The position numbers and the translations under genes were made by a program. DNA of 64,000 nucleotides from Caecitellus pseudoparvulus. Taxonomy: Eukaryota > Protista > Bigyra: Bicosoecida. The stretch covers positions 62,001 through 126,000 of the forward strand of contig CBFFRQ010000054.1 in NCBI GenBank assembly GCA_965644315.1. The letters are read 5' to 3'. The notes under the pieces are model-generated. The model saw only the letters and a program-made list of their open reading frames with translations. It ran no database searches and was not told the origin of the DNA. This document shows, piece after piece, positions 1-13,409 of the stretch. Numbering within the stretch: position 1 is the first letter of the stretch; every line of letters starts with the position of its first letter.

Positions 1-21
1 GTGGTGGGCTCAGATTCCGCA
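1..21 (-). repeat. Inverted copy of the ankyrin-paralog 5' leader
   Basis: Bases 1-21 (gtggtgggctcagattccgca) are the exact reverse complement of 15401-15421, which lies just before the ATG at 15425. A related leader is at 13867-13890. Confidence 0.8.
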
Positions 22-306
22 GCAGCAGGAGCTGCTTGCTCGCAGCGGCTCGGCGACTGGTCGAAAGCTGCTGTTTCCTGTACCAAAATGCACCACGCAA
101 AGGCATTACTTTCAGGATCGCTTCATCTTGGCTTTACCAAACAGGTTTGGTGTGCCCATCCACATGTCCCGCACATCCACCACCGTCCTGGTGTATCACA
201 ACTTCTTGTGCGAGACACACCCACCCTTGCGAGCCCCGCAAAAAGCAAACTTCGCGTCCAACTTCGGACTTGTACCTTCTGGTGATACTGTCGCACACCC
301 CGCACT

Positions 307-3300
307 ATGTCAGTTGGGCTGCCGGCGCTGCAGCTGCCGCCGGCTCGGCCGGGCGGGCTGCTCCCTGCGCTGCCAGCAAGCCCGGCCGCAGCAGCTGTGA
401 CTCGCCCCCAGGGCACGTTTAGCGGTGCAGCCTCTAAACCTCACATGCGTGGGGCGGACTTTGTCAGCACTGTGCTCGGACAGGCGGCTACAAAAGATAG
501 TCTGGTGGCTAGAGCTCGGGAGGAGTGCGTGGAGCGTTCATTCCTTGCGCCGGCTCATGCGCCCGTTTCACGCACTGGCGTTTCACCTCGCCAGCTCCTG
601 CACCCCCGTCCATCTCGCGAACATGCAGGGGTTTCACGCTGCAGCCAGTGCCCTTGGCAAAGCTTCGCAATCACAGCATTGACGAGGTTCGGGGGCGGCG
701 CCAGCCCATTGAGATTCCGCGGGATGTGGCAGACATGTACGCAGACCTCACGGCTGAGCGAGAGCGGGTGACGGCGTCCATGTGGGAGTTGCTCGTGGCC
801 TACGTAAGGCGAACGCTACCGCCAATACGCCGCTGGTTCGAAGCCGCACTTGCCTTTCACACCTCCCACCCCGCAGCGGCGTCTGGTGAAGGCGCTACCT
901 GAGCGCTTCCACTGGCCAGCTTTCCGCAGTGTGATGGAGCAGCACGCGGACGAGCACATCCTGGACCAGCGCACGTTCACAGCTTGTGTGCAAGACAAGT
1001 ATCGCTTGCCACATGGGTACATTGAGAACGAGGAGAACGAGCTGCTGCGGGCCCGAAAGCTGGCTTGGAAGCTGCAGCTGGAGGAGGTGGAGAGCAAGCT
1101 GCTGGCTTTGTTTCCCATGATGGCACAAGAGGTCGGGAGCCCTCCTTTCTTGCAGCGCTTCCTGGATGTTCGGGACTTCCGGGTGTGCATGTAGTGCGTG
1201 CTTGGCCCTGCCGCGCTCATGCACACACCCTGCCTCACTGCAGCCGCCCGCTTGCCCCAGCTTTCTCAATGAAAAGGAGCAGCCTCTGCACGTCATCATT
1301 GCCCGGGGCGCTCGCATCTATGGCTTTAAACCCCCGGGCCGCAAGGGCGAGCATGTCGTGTCATTGCGGCACTTCATGCGCATTTTGACCCTGCCCGTGT
1401 TCCGGAACCAAGCTCGGCGCGACCTTGCAGTCAGCATCGTCAAAGCAGCTCAGGCAGGAACAGTGCCCTTCAGTGACGTTGCCCCGCTGCACTTCTCCGA
1501 GAGTGGCGTCGCCATGCTGCTCAAGGCGTCCCGGTTGTCCACACTCTTGCTGCCGAACAAGGTCGCCAGCAGCCTGTACTGCAAGGTGAGCAATTTGGAG
1601 GCCATGTACGCTCCAGCGCTTCGCGCGAAGCTGCTTCGCCGCAAGGAGAAGCTGGGCAAGCTGCGGAGTGCAGACCTCTTCTTCCTTCGGCGAAGAGGCC
1701 GACCCCTATTCCAGCACTGGGCCAGCCTGTACCAGAGACGCAAGCGTCTCGCTACGTTGCTCGGCAATATGGAGCGCATGGTGGTGCACAGCTGGGGAAG
1801 GCTCAGCATGCGGCAGTGGCGGGACTTTCTCCTGCAGACGCAGGAGGCTGTTCGGGTGCAGGCACTGTTCCGTGGCTACCGCATCCGCATGGCGTTCTAC
1901 AGAGCCAGCCAGGCACGGTTCATCGCGCAGCACATCAGCAAGGCCCGCCACTGGCAGATCAAAGCCAAGTACGAGTTGCAGAAGGCGGTGGAAGAGGAGC
2001 TGTCGGCGATTGTCATCCAGGCGCTTGTCAGGGGCGTCGTGCAGCGCCGGCGGCTGCTGCACAAGCTCCTCAACCGGGCTGACCCAGGCACCTTTGCATG
2101 GCGGATGAAGCTCCGACGGGACGGTACTTATCAGCGCCATGACTCGGCCACCGTCATTCAATGTGCGTTTCGGCAGTTCCGAGCGCGAGGCATTGCAGAT
2201 CGTCTGTGGGCTGCACGGTACGAGGCCGAGCAGGCGCGGGAGGCTGACAAGGCAGCCATGGCGGAGAAGCAACGCAGGGATCGGAAAGCCATTCAAGTTG
2301 TGGAGCGCATGGTGGCGCAGCGCCTGGAGCAGCGCATGGCGGAGCTGACCGCCCAAGCGCAGGCGCGGGAGACAGCGGCGCAGGTGTCCACGCTGCAGTC
2401 CAAGCGGCAGTATGCGGCAAAGAAGCGGCGCATGGAGGAAGCCGCCGCAGAGGTGCGGAAACAACACACTCAGCGCATGCTTGAGTTCAACGCCGAGTGG
2501 GACGAGCGCCATGCCAAGGCGGTGCAAGAGACGAAGGAGGAGTGGGAGGGCCTTGTCCTGCACAAACGCCCCGGCGACGACGAGCAGGACCGCCAACGCT
2601 CGTATGACATTGCTCGTGGAGAGTACATGCAGATCGCCAAGCGCCTGGCTGCTGTGCACCACAACGCCGTGGACCTGAATGTTGTGGAGGCCAAGACGGA
2701 GTTCATCGAGGGCAAGGTGGCCGAAGCAGCCGCCGCGACTGTAGCCAAGCGCAAGGCCGCCCGAACTCGCTTGGCGGCAGAGCTGAAGCGCGAGCTGGCG
2801 TCGTTTCGCACGGAACGTGACCAGGCACGCAGCATGGGGAACGAGGTCGCTGCCAGCAAGATCTGTGCCTTCATCTTGCAGTGCCGCCAGCGAGCTGCCA
2901 TGCGGGCCATTCTGAAGGAAGACTGGGAAAAGGGCTACGACCTGCATCGAGGTGCAGTTTTCTACGTCAACAGGCGTACTGGCACTGTCAAGTACAAGAA
3001 GCCGGTGTTCCTGGGCCCCACAGATGTCGCCATCGTGGACAGGTGGACAGTGCAGCACAGCGAGCAGGGGGGGCTCACCTTCTTCTTCAACCCCCGCACG
3101 CATGCGCTGTCGTGGACCCAGCCCAAGTTCACCATGCTGTGTCCTCGCTGCCAGGCAGACTTTGTGCAGTTTACGTGCGAGGAGGGGTGTGGAGACATGT
3201 GCTCCGCCTGCTGGACGGCAGCGCACCCGAGCCACAAAGAGCACCTGGCCATTCACTCGTGGGCAGCCAAAGATGGCGGCAGGCCCATCCACTTCCTCGC

Positions 3301-4028
3301 CTCATGGGATGCTAACAGGATGTATGCGGCGGCCGAGCTTGGGGACGACGCCTTTCATGGACGCCCCAGCGTCGGGGACATCGATCGCTTCTCCCGCCGC
3401 GAGCGCCTGGCAGCCGCCGCAGACTCTGCCATCCAAGAAGCCGCTTCAGCAGCAAGTGGCACTGCCCAAAGGGATGCAGGAGGAACAGAACAGGAGGATG
3501 ACGGTGACCCGCCTGACGGCACAGATGTCGCAGGAGGGAGGCAACCAGCTGTCGCTTTTGCGACTGCTGCAGCGCTGGAGCGTGTACATGTGCTGGAGCA
3601 GCACCCTGCTGGCGTTGGGGAGGACGGTACAGGTGAGGTTTACCAAGACGGGGGAGTAGGTGGCACATGGGCGGAGTCTAGTGCTGAGGGCAAGGCAGGT
3701 GATGGCGGGGAGGATTTGCAAGACGCTGGAGGTCATGGTCTGTTGGAGTGCCTTCGAGGCTTCTCAAGCACCAGAGCTTGAGTATGGCGCAGTTGAGGAC
3801 GCGGCAGCAGTCCATGGTTCAAAAGAAGCCTATGCTACATTTGATGGGTTCCATGAACCTGCTGCTGCTGGGGGCGCGGCGGCAGCGCAAGGAGGTGACT
3901 CGGCAGAGCAAGGGGAAGACTGGGCCGGGTACGATGAATACGGTGGGTACTATGATGAAGAGGGTGGGTACGTTGATGGTGAAGGCGGGTATACCGACGT
4001 CAACGGCGTCTACCATCCGCCCGAGTGA
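307..4028 (+). CDS. Spliced IQ-motif / coiled-coil / tandem WW / B-box zinc-finger protein
   Basis: Joins ORFs 307.., 525.., 850.., 1166..3781 and 3660..4028 via GT-AG introns (525-628, ~804-876, ~1183-1243; possibly 3633-3774). IQ motifs VQALFRGYRIR, IQALVRGVVQR, IQCAFRQFRAR. WW domains WEKGYDLHRGAVFYVNRRTG..KP and WTVQHSEQGGLTFFFNPRTHALSWTQP. B-box CPRC..CEEGCGDMCSACWTAAH..H. Acidic Gly/Tyr-rich tail. Confidence 0.75.
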
Positions 4029-4351
4029 TGTGCAGCAAGGGCAATGCACAGAACGCCCGCAGCGCGTTTGTTTTCCGCACGGTCGCCTGGCCCCCCCCTC
4101 CTCAACCCCAGACTTGCAGCACACCACAGACACAAGAGCTGAGTAAATCAACTCAGCCACACCCTTCTTACCCTTTCACGCAGCTCATGCCACCCAGATC
4201 ACTTCTCAGCCCAGTGCAAGGTGACTGCACAGGTCGATTCCAGTGCAGCGGTGTCGTGCGGAATTCGCATCACACCCCCAGCCTCCGCAAGCCATTTCGG
4301 CTTGCTCCGAGCGCATTTCGCGACAATCACGACTGTTTCCACCCTTTCATC

Positions 4352-7300
4352 ATGCAAGACGTCAAAGACACCCACGAAGATGTGGAGGCAGCCCCGCAAG
4401 CCACGGATTCCGAGAAGGTGACCGCAGACCAAGCACCTGCCGATGCAGGCAGCGAGGACGGCGACAAGGCCAAGGAGCAACCCAAGCCCAAGGTGCCCTT
4501 CTGTGCCCTGTACCGCTATGCTACGACTTCTGACATGGTGCAAGTTGGCATTGGGTTCCTCGGCTCGGGCCTCATGGGCGCCATCATGCCTGCATTTGCC
4601 GTCGGTGCGTGTTTCGCGAGCCAGCCCATTTCGCAACCCCTGCTCGCACGCCCTGCCCCTGCTGATGAGTGCTCAGTGTTTGGAGACGTCCTGGACGAAC
4701 TGGCCACGGCAGAGAATGTTGCAGAGGCAGTCGTCCTGCCCGTCATCCTGTACGCCTGCGTGGCAGTGGCATCGTGGCTGTTCAGCGGCGTGAGTGTCGC
4801 ACCATTCCACCGCACGGAAATCCGCGCCTGTGCACTCCATCGCCTGCCCCGCTCCACCCGCAGCTTGGACATGCTTTGCTTGGTGCAACTGCCGAAACCA
4901 TGACGGCGCGCATCCGAAAAGAGTACTTCAGGGTGAGGCTCGCCTGTCGCTCAGCCCCGCTGGCGAACTCCGCAGCCCCTGCACCTGCCTGCCCCACAGG
5001 CGCTGCTCCGCAACGACATGAAGTTCCACGACCTCGAAGATGCAGGTGGGCAGGTGGCTGCCCGCCTGGGCGCGGACTGTGACCTGATCAAGGACGGCCT
5101 CGGCATCAAGCTGTCCGAGACGGTGAACGCCGTCGTCACGTTCTTCGTCGGCATCACGCTGGCCTTCGCCATCCGCCCAGACGCCTGGAAGCTGGCCTTG
5201 GTCATTCTGGCGTGCATGCCGTTCATGGTGGTGGCCATGGGCGCCATGGGGCACATGATGAAGGCCCGTGCGAAGAAGACGTCTGACTTGTCCGCTGCCG
5301 CCGCCAGCGTCGCCACCGAGGCGCTACGCAACATCCGCATCGTCATGTCCTACGGCGGGTACGACGTGGAGGTGCAGAAGTACCAGGACAAGCTGGAACA
5401 TGCGCGGGATGTGGGGACGCAGTCCGGCTGCCTGCAGGGTCTCACGGTGGGCGTCATGATCTTCTCCATGTACACGACCTACGCCATCGGGCTGTACTAC
5501 GGCGGGCAGCTGATCATCGAGGCACGGGAGGCACACCCCGAGTGCATCGCGGACCCCACTGGTGCGAACTGCTTTTCGGGGGGCGACGTCCTCACCGTGT
5601 TCTTTTCCATGATCATCGGCGGCATGGCCATTGCACGCATCTCCCCTGGCATCATCGCGCTCGCCAGTGCGCGGGCGGCCGCCCACACACTGTTCGAGAC
5701 CATCGACGCAGAGACACCCCTGACGGCCTTGCCGGATGAGGCGGCGCCCGACATGGGCAAGACTCTGCCCGAGGTCAACGGCGGCATGCAGCTCAAGGGA
5801 GTGAGCTTCGCATACCCCTCCCGCCCAGAGCAACAGGTGCTCACAGACATCAACATCGACATTCCTCCTGGCAAGACCGTCGCTCTGGTGGGACCGTCTG
5901 GCTCTGGCAAGAGCACCGTCGCACAGCTGGTGCAGCGGCTGTACGACCCCAGTGAAGGCACCGTCACCTTTGACGGCGTGGATGTGAAGGAGTTGAACGT
6001 GGACTGGCTGCGGCAGCAGCAGGGCGTCGTGTCCCAGCAGCCCGTGCTGTTCGCCGCCAGCATTAAAGAGAACATCCTCGCAGCCGTGCCCCTGGACGCT
6101 CGCGACCGGTACGGTGACGCGGAGGTGCGGGAGGCTGCGAAGGTGGCCCTGGCGCACGGCTTCATCACTGAGTTGAAGGACGGCTACAAGACGGACGTGG
6201 GCACGTCTGGCGGCCTGCTCAGCGGCGGGCAGAAGCAGCGCGTGTCCATCGCACGGGCCATCATCCACCCCCGCCCCATGCAGATCTGGGACGAGGCGAC
6301 GTCCGCCCTGGACAGTGCCAACGAGGCCGCCGTGCAGGCGGCCCTGGACAACCTGTCCCAGGCGGACGGCATGGGCAAGCCCAGCACGCTGGTCATCGCA
6401 CACCGCCTGTCCACCATTCGCAACGCTGACATCATTTACGTCATGCAGGAGGGGCGCGTGGTGGAGTCTGGCACGCACGACGTGCTGGTGGCCGACCCCA
6501 ACTCCCTCTACCACAAACTGTGGAGCATGCAGGAACTCATGGGGGAGGGCGAGTCCAAGCCCGTGGACGGCGCTGCCGCCTCTGACGATGCCCCCGCTGA
6601 CTTGCCGCAGGTGCGCCTGGCGTCAGCTGGCAGCACTGCGTCAGCGGTGGCCATGCCGGCAGCGAGTGTGCCTGGTGCGCCGGCAGGCGACGCCAAGGCC
6701 CAGGAGGCCTTGCAGGAGCTGGTGGCAGTGGACGAGAACGCGAAGGACGCCGACAAGAAGCTGGAAGCGTGGAAGATGACACTGCCAGAGGTGCCGCTGT
6801 CCCGCGTGTGGCAGTACACGGCGCCGGAGGGTGGCTCGGTCCTGGCGGGTTTCCTCTTCGCCGTGGTGGCCGGCAGCATCACCCCGCTATTCGCGCTGGT
6901 GTTCACAGAAGTCCTCGCGGTGTTCTACAACCCCGACAGCTCCGAGCTGGAGGCTGACACGCTGTTCTACATGGGCATGTTCTTCGCCGTGGCTGGTGCC
7001 GGGCTCATCTCCCACTCCAGCACCATTTCCCTACTCACCTACGCCGGCGGACACATGACCACGCGTCTGCAGATGGACGCCTACCGCAGCATGCTGAAGC
7101 AGGATGTGGGTTTCTTCGACCTGCCCCAGCACTCGGCAGGGCGCCTCGTTGGGCGTTTGTCGAAAGATGCGCAGAGCGTGCGGGCCATCACGGGCGTGAA
7201 CATGTCCATGACGCTGCAGCAAGTGTCCACAATTAGCGTGGGGGTGGTCATTGCATTCTTGGCTTCCTGGCGTGTTGCGCTGGTGGTGCTAGCCATCATG

Positions 7301-8704
7301 CCGCTGCTGGGGCTGGCTGCCAAGTTGAACTTCAAGTACCGCTCCGGCTTCGCCAAGGCCAACGTGGAGGAGAACAAGGAAATGGCGCACCTGACGACAG
7401 AAGCCATCATCAACATCCGCACTGTGCAGAGCCTTGGGCTGGAGCGCGCCCTTCTGCGCCAGTTCGCAGCGTCACAGGACCCCGTGAACGCGCAGGCCGT
7501 CTCGTCAGCGTACTTTGTCGGGGTGGTGTCTGGCTTCAGCATGTTCGTCATGCTGGGCTCCTACGCCCTGGTGTTCTACCTGGGCGGCCAGTGGATCTCC
7601 GACGGCGTGCTGACCTTCCCCGACCTCGTGCAGGCCATGATGGTGCTCATTTTCGCGGCGCAGGGCCTGGGGCACATGTCCGCGTACACGGTGGACGCCG
7701 GCACGGCAGAGGCCGCCAAGCGGTCCATGTTCCAGCTCATCGACATGCAGAGCACCATCGACCCCACGGACACGAGCCGCAAGGTGCCGCCGCACCTGGC
7801 GCAGACTGAAAGCGGGCACTCCCTAACCCTCACCAACGTCAGCTTCAACTACCCCTCCCGCCCAGACCAGCCCGTGCTGAGAAACGCCTCCCTCACCATC
7901 CCCGCAGGCAAGACCGTCGCTCTGGTGGGCGAGTCTGGCTCTGGCAAGAGCACCGTCGTGCAGTTGTTCCAGCGCTTCTACGATGTGGACGCAGGCACTG
8001 TCAGCATCGACGGCGTGGATGTGAAGGAGCTGCCCGTTGCCTGGCTGCGTTCCTGCTTCGGTTGGGTGCCGCAGGAGCCGCGACTGTTCGCCGACTCGGT
8101 CGCGTACAATGTCGGCTACGGCATGCTGCCGGACAAGCTGGCCCCCGACGCCGGTGTGCCGCTGGAGGCCCAGGAGAAGGCGGCCAAGGCGGGCGGTGGG
8201 CCCGTGCAGGTGCCGGACACGTTCACGCTGCCGGCCGCCATTCCTTCGGCCGCCAGCACCGCAAATGCCGCCGAGTTCATCGAGCGCCTGTCGTTCAAGT
8301 ACGCCACACATGTGGGGCCAGATGGCGGGCAGTTGTCGGGTGGGCAGCGGCAGCGCGTGGCCCTGGCGCGGTGTCTGGTGCGGGAGCCCGGTATCATGCT
8401 GCTGGACGAGGCCACGTCTGCGCTGGACTCCGAGTCAGAGAAGATCGTGCAGGCCAGCATCGACGCTGTGCTGGCGGAGGCCGCTGGCAAGCGCACCACC
8501 ATCGTCATCGCGCACCGCCTCAGCACCATCCGCAAGGCAGATGTCGTGGTGGTGCTGCAGCGCGGTAAGGTGGTGGAGACGGGGACCCACGACGGCCTCA
8601 TCGCAGCGGGAGGTGTGTACGCGAACATGGTCGCGGCGCAGTCTGGCATCACGGTGGAAGAGGTCATGGCCGCAGGAGCAGCACGCGGCTCACCCAGTGA
8701 GTGA
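4352..8704 (+). CDS. Full-size ABCB (MDR/P-glycoprotein-like) transporter, TMD-NBD-TMD-NBD
   Basis: Walker A GPSGSGKST and GESGSGKST, signatures LSGGQKQR and LSGGQRQR, DEATSALD twice, IAHRLSTIR twice. 5' exons are joined by introns 4605-4676, 4790-4863 and 4933-4999 into ORF 5018..8704. Confidence 0.95.
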
Positions 8705-8937
8705 GCCAACAGCGCTGCCTTTTCCAATGCATGGCACAACCACCAGCGGTCGACAAATCCCGCAGTCAATGCTGGGCATTCCCATTCAACTTCAGTGCCT
8801 TTTCTTGTGCGCGGGTGAGCTGTGCCAGGTGTTGCGCACTTGGCTGTTGCTGCCAGCAGCCTTCCTGCGCAGCGAAACTCTGGCCCGCAGCCAGCGCAGC
8901 TGGTGGCGCATTTGCCCAACACCGAGGGCTAGCAAGC

Positions 8938-11515
8938 ATGGGCTGGGCGTCGTGGGCAGCGGCCCTGGTCACAGCCTGTGTCGTGCTTCCGCTGTACATT
9001 GCTACGCTGTTTCCTTCCATTCCAGTGCGTGGCCGCCTGCGGAATTTGAGGCGGCGCCGCATGACAACGCACGACTGCACCTGCGCAGGGCGGCGACAGC
9101 GGTGAACTCGTCGCAGAAGCATGTCACCTGGGAGTGGCACACCCCCCTGGCTATCCAGCGCTCATCCTCCTGTATCATGCGTGGATCCAGGTCACCTCCT
9201 GGGTGCCAGCACCTGTCGCCTGGCGCACCAACTTGCTGGGAGCACTGCTGGGCACCTTGGCCTCCGCATGCACAGCCGGCGCCACAGCAGGAGTACTAGA
9301 GCTACTGGCATGCTCAACCAGCAGGCTTCGCTTTCTTGCCCGGGACCCTGCCGTGACGTGTTTGGGCGGCATCTGCGCCGGGGTGCGTGAGGTTGCCTGT
9401 CGGGGGCTACACCGCGCATACCACACGATTCCAAGCCCCACCTCGCAGGTCTGTTTCGGGCTGTCCCCCCTGGCATGGCTGTACGCCGTTGGATCTGAAG
9501 TATTTGCGCTCAACAACGCCTTCGCCGCCGGCCTCATCTCGCTGGGCGTCTGGGCGGCAGCGGCGCGGGACGACAACCAGGCGTGGTACCGCCTGCTGGT
9601 GGGGGCGCTGCTGGCAGGGCTGGGGCTGTGCAACCAGCACACACTGGTGCTCTTCGCTCTGCCTCTGGTCTGTTTCTTCTTCGTCTTTCACAGGGGCACC
9701 GTGTTTGCGTCACCGCAGGCGTTCCTCGGCCTGGCAGCGGCGTTTTTCACCAGCCTTCTGCCGTATGCGTACCTCGCCCTGGCCCACAGCCAGTGGCAGC
9801 GGGCCGGTTCCTGGGGCTACACAGGCACCCTGGCCGGTCTGTTGCACCACATGGCTCGCAAAGATTACGGCACCTTTCAGCTGTACAGCGGCGACAGCAG
9901 CGATAGCATGGGTCCAGTGCACCGCACGCTCGCATACCTCTCCAGCACCGCCACGCAGCAGCTGCCGCGTGGGGCGTGGGGAGCTCTGCTTGTTGGTTTG
10001 CTCGTTTGCCTGGCTGTCGCCGTGGAGTGGGGCGTGCAAGCCTTGCCCTGTCGCCGCCCTGGCAGCCCAGCAGGCGGCAAGGGCCGCATTCCCAAGGTGG
10101 CACCTGCTCCGTCAAGCCTGCGGTCAGCGGCGGCCTCCATGCTGCTGCTGCCGCTGCTGTGGGTGGTGTACTTGTCCGTGTTTCATTCTTTGGCCAACCT
10201 GCCTCTCACAAACGATCTCTTCTTTGCCATCCACGGCCGGTTCTGGATGCAGCCTGGCATCATCGCAGCCTGCTTCACCGGCCTGGGTCTGGCTGCCCTG
10301 ACGTCCTTGGGACAGCGGGTGGTTGGACGAGGGGGCTCCAGGCATGCAGTGACTGCTCTCGCTGCGGCTGTTCTGGTGGCTGGCGTTGTCAGCCACACCC
10401 ACCGCGTGTGGCCAGTTGTAGACAACAGCTCAAATCGAGTCATTGAGCGGTACGGCCGAGCACTGCTGGAGCCACTCCCGCCCAACGCGACCCTCATCAC
10501 GGCCTACGACATGCAGTGGACTGCAGTGCGGTATCTTACAGTTTGTGAAGGCGTGCGACCAGACGTCACCGTGCTGAACGCGCCCATGATGACGTTTGCA
10601 TGGTTTCGCCACCAAACGCACCTGCACACCGGGCTGACGCTGCCAGGCGCCTACCTTGCCCCGTACGGCTCTGCATCTCACATTCACGGCCCTGCCTTTT
10701 CGTTCGGTGAGCTGTTGCAAGCCAATCTCCTGGAGGAGGGTGAGACGCCCACAGACGCGCTTGCACGAGTACAGCGCACCACGCACCGCCATGGCCACAT
10801 TCGATCGCTGCCAGCTGAGCACTTTGGCGGCCTGTTCGTCGCGGGGGAGGTCGTGCAGAATGTGCGAGCCGAGTATGAAGGGGACATCTCCTGGATTCCT
10901 GCGGGTCTGGCGTTGCAGGCTGTTCGCAGTTCCGGCAGTGACAAGCTGCTCGCGCTCAGACGCCAAGCCCGCCAGCAGGCAGCTGTGGACGCCAAGCTGC
11001 AGCTGCCCGACACCTTGCTGCCTCCCTACGACCCGTCCACCTGGGAGCATGCCGTGCGCATGGACCGACACCGCGTGCTTGCGGAACTGGGCACAGATGC
11101 CGTGGCAGAGGCGCTGCCTGCGAACGAGAGCGACGCGTTCCGCGACCTGAGCGTCCTCCTCCTGGGACTAGGCTGGCTCGAGAGGGTTGTGGCGAACAGT
11201 AAGGCAGTCGGAGAGCCTGTGCAAGCACATCACTTGAAAAACCTCGGCCTGGGTTACTCGCGCCTCGTGCGACAAGGCGCCGACCATGTGCCGGATGCAG
11301 CCGCCCTGGCCGTGCCCCGTCCACACTTGCCGCACCTGACGCCAGAGCAGAATGACGAGCTGTCCTGGGCGGCCTGGAGGTCCGAGGCGGCCATGCGTGT
11401 GCTGTCATCCTGGGGAGAGTTCCTGGCTCACCCTGGGGCGGCAGGGGACTCCGACGTCGCCTCCATCGACCACGTCGTGCGGACCCTGCGAGCTGTGGCG
11501 CAGAGGGGCGCCTAG
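8938..11515 (+). CDS. TMEM260: TMEM260/DUF2723-family GT-C protein O-mannosyltransferase
   Basis: Splicing intron 9025-9088 restores the family motif YIATLFPSIP|GGDSGELVAEACHLGVAHPPGYP. Also EVFALNN, GLCNQHT and RKDYGTFQL, and many TM helices. A second in-frame intron lies at ~9383-9448. Confidence 0.88.
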
Positions 11516-11766
11516 CAGTGACTCGGGCTGTCCACAAGCTGGCGTGGCGCGACATGGCAGCCTGTGGACATTCTGTGGCGAAATACAGCGCTGCACAGAA
11601 GACGCCTTGCGGCACGGGCGGCACGATCAGACTTTCGTGAGGGTTGGGTACGAGCAAAGCACCTCACCCGGCAAACCACACCACAGGCGCGATGCCGTCG
11701 TGAGCCTTTGCCCTGCATGTGTTGAAGCTGGCAGCGAGCCTTGTTGCAGTGCAGGCGTGAGAGGGC

Positions 11767-13409
11767 ATGGCGGGGACAGATGCACATGGTGCCGCGTTCG
11801 GCGAGGCAGCCCTGACCAGGCTGGCCAGCGGCGGCTTCGTCGTCATGGCCGGGGCGCCCGCAGGCACTGTGGTGGGCATAGACACAGCATCTTGGGCAGT
11901 TACTGAAGGGTTCACCGGGTTTAAACTGATCCCACCAGGCGTGCACTTCGTGTCTTTCGGGTGGGTGGGCTGCGGAAATTGCTTCCTTCCTGGACCACAC
12001 TCCGCTCTCCCTTGCTTGCTCCCGGCAGAGTCGCAAAGGATACAAGCGGGATGATCTTGCGCGAGGGGCTGTTTGTGAACCTTGCTGCTGGACAAGTGGA
12101 GGTCATGCTGTGGGACGCAGCGCAGGAGCGTTTCCAGCATGGAAAGGCCGTGGACGCCTCAACAGCTGAGACGCTGCGCCGGCGGTGTCTGGGCATGGAC
12201 CTGGACAAGGGTCTGGCCCCCTACCCCATGCAGCAAGTGATGCAGTGGATGGCTCTCTCCAACTGCATTCTGCCGCCATACCTCGAGCCCATTCTGCCAG
12301 TGCAACGGATGGTCGTCTCTGCGCCGGCGCTGGCTGCAGCGCCGGCAAGTCCTCCGCCTGCCAGTGACGGTGGCGCCGCAGAGCACAAAAGCAGCGACCC
12401 CACCTTCACCGAACCTACAAGGCTTCCATCACATGCCGCATCTTCAGCAGCTGAGGCAAGCAGCGAAGCGCCTGACCCGAAGGCGGTGGCTGCGCTGCAA
12501 GCCGAGTCACAAGCGGTGGAGTTCGAGGCGAGCGGTGTTCCTGGAACACGCATGTTCTTCACACACATTCCCGGAACGCCTGGTCCCCGTCAGGCACCCG
12601 CCTGGCGCACAGCTCACGGTGTAGACCCCTCTGGCGCCCTGGCTGTGGCGTCCGCCCGCACTGAAGGGGGCATGCCTGCCCTGCTGTGCCAACTACAAGT
12701 GGCGTTCCTGTCCTTCTACCTCACCGACTCCCTGCAAGGCTTCAACGCGTGGAAGGCGCTGCTGAACACGCTGTGTCGTGCGGAGTGGTGTTTGACGGGA
12801 GGCTACGAAGGCGCCCGTGATGCAACCCCCCTGCCGCCCGCCATAGCGCCCCCCCCAACAACCTCGACTGCCGCTGCAGCCGCTGGGGATGCGACATCGC
12901 ACCACGTCTGTCCAGCCGAGTGTTTGGAAGGTGATGTGTGGGTGTCTGCCTTCACCGCCCTCAGGGCACAAGTGAGCCTGCTGCCTGACGAGTTTGCAGG
13001 GCTTGATGAAGCTGGCGACGCCCACAGCTTCGTCACCCAAGCCCTGCGGCGTCTGGCAGGGACGGTGGCACGGTATGGCTCAGGCGTGCTCAGTGGAGGC
13101 GGCCAGGCGGGCACGCCGCATAGGGAGGGTTCGCCCCGCATCCTGCTCCCTGTTGAGCGAGCAGCCTGCCAGCTCATCAACACAGGCGAGCGCACGCTGA
13201 AACAGCGCCTAAGGCCCGTCCCTGCGCCTCGTGAGAAGGGTGCCGATTTGTCTGGTGAAGCCCAGCCCGTGGAGATGCCTGCAGATGGCGGGCAACGCCG
13301 CCTGACCCGCGCTGAGGTCATCGCGCTGCTGGGCGACGAGTGGGACGGAGACGACGAAGATGATGTACCTGTCATTGTGGATGCCATGAGCAAGCTATCC
13401 ATCAGCTGA
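11767..13409 (+). CDS. AAR2: U5 snRNP assembly factor AAR2
   Basis: VGIDTASWAVTEGFTGFKLIPPGVHFV, LDKGLAPYP..WMALSNCI and LLCQLQVAFLSF..QGFNAWKALLNTLCRAE match AAR2 motifs. One intron at ~11960-12030. Confidence 0.9.
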
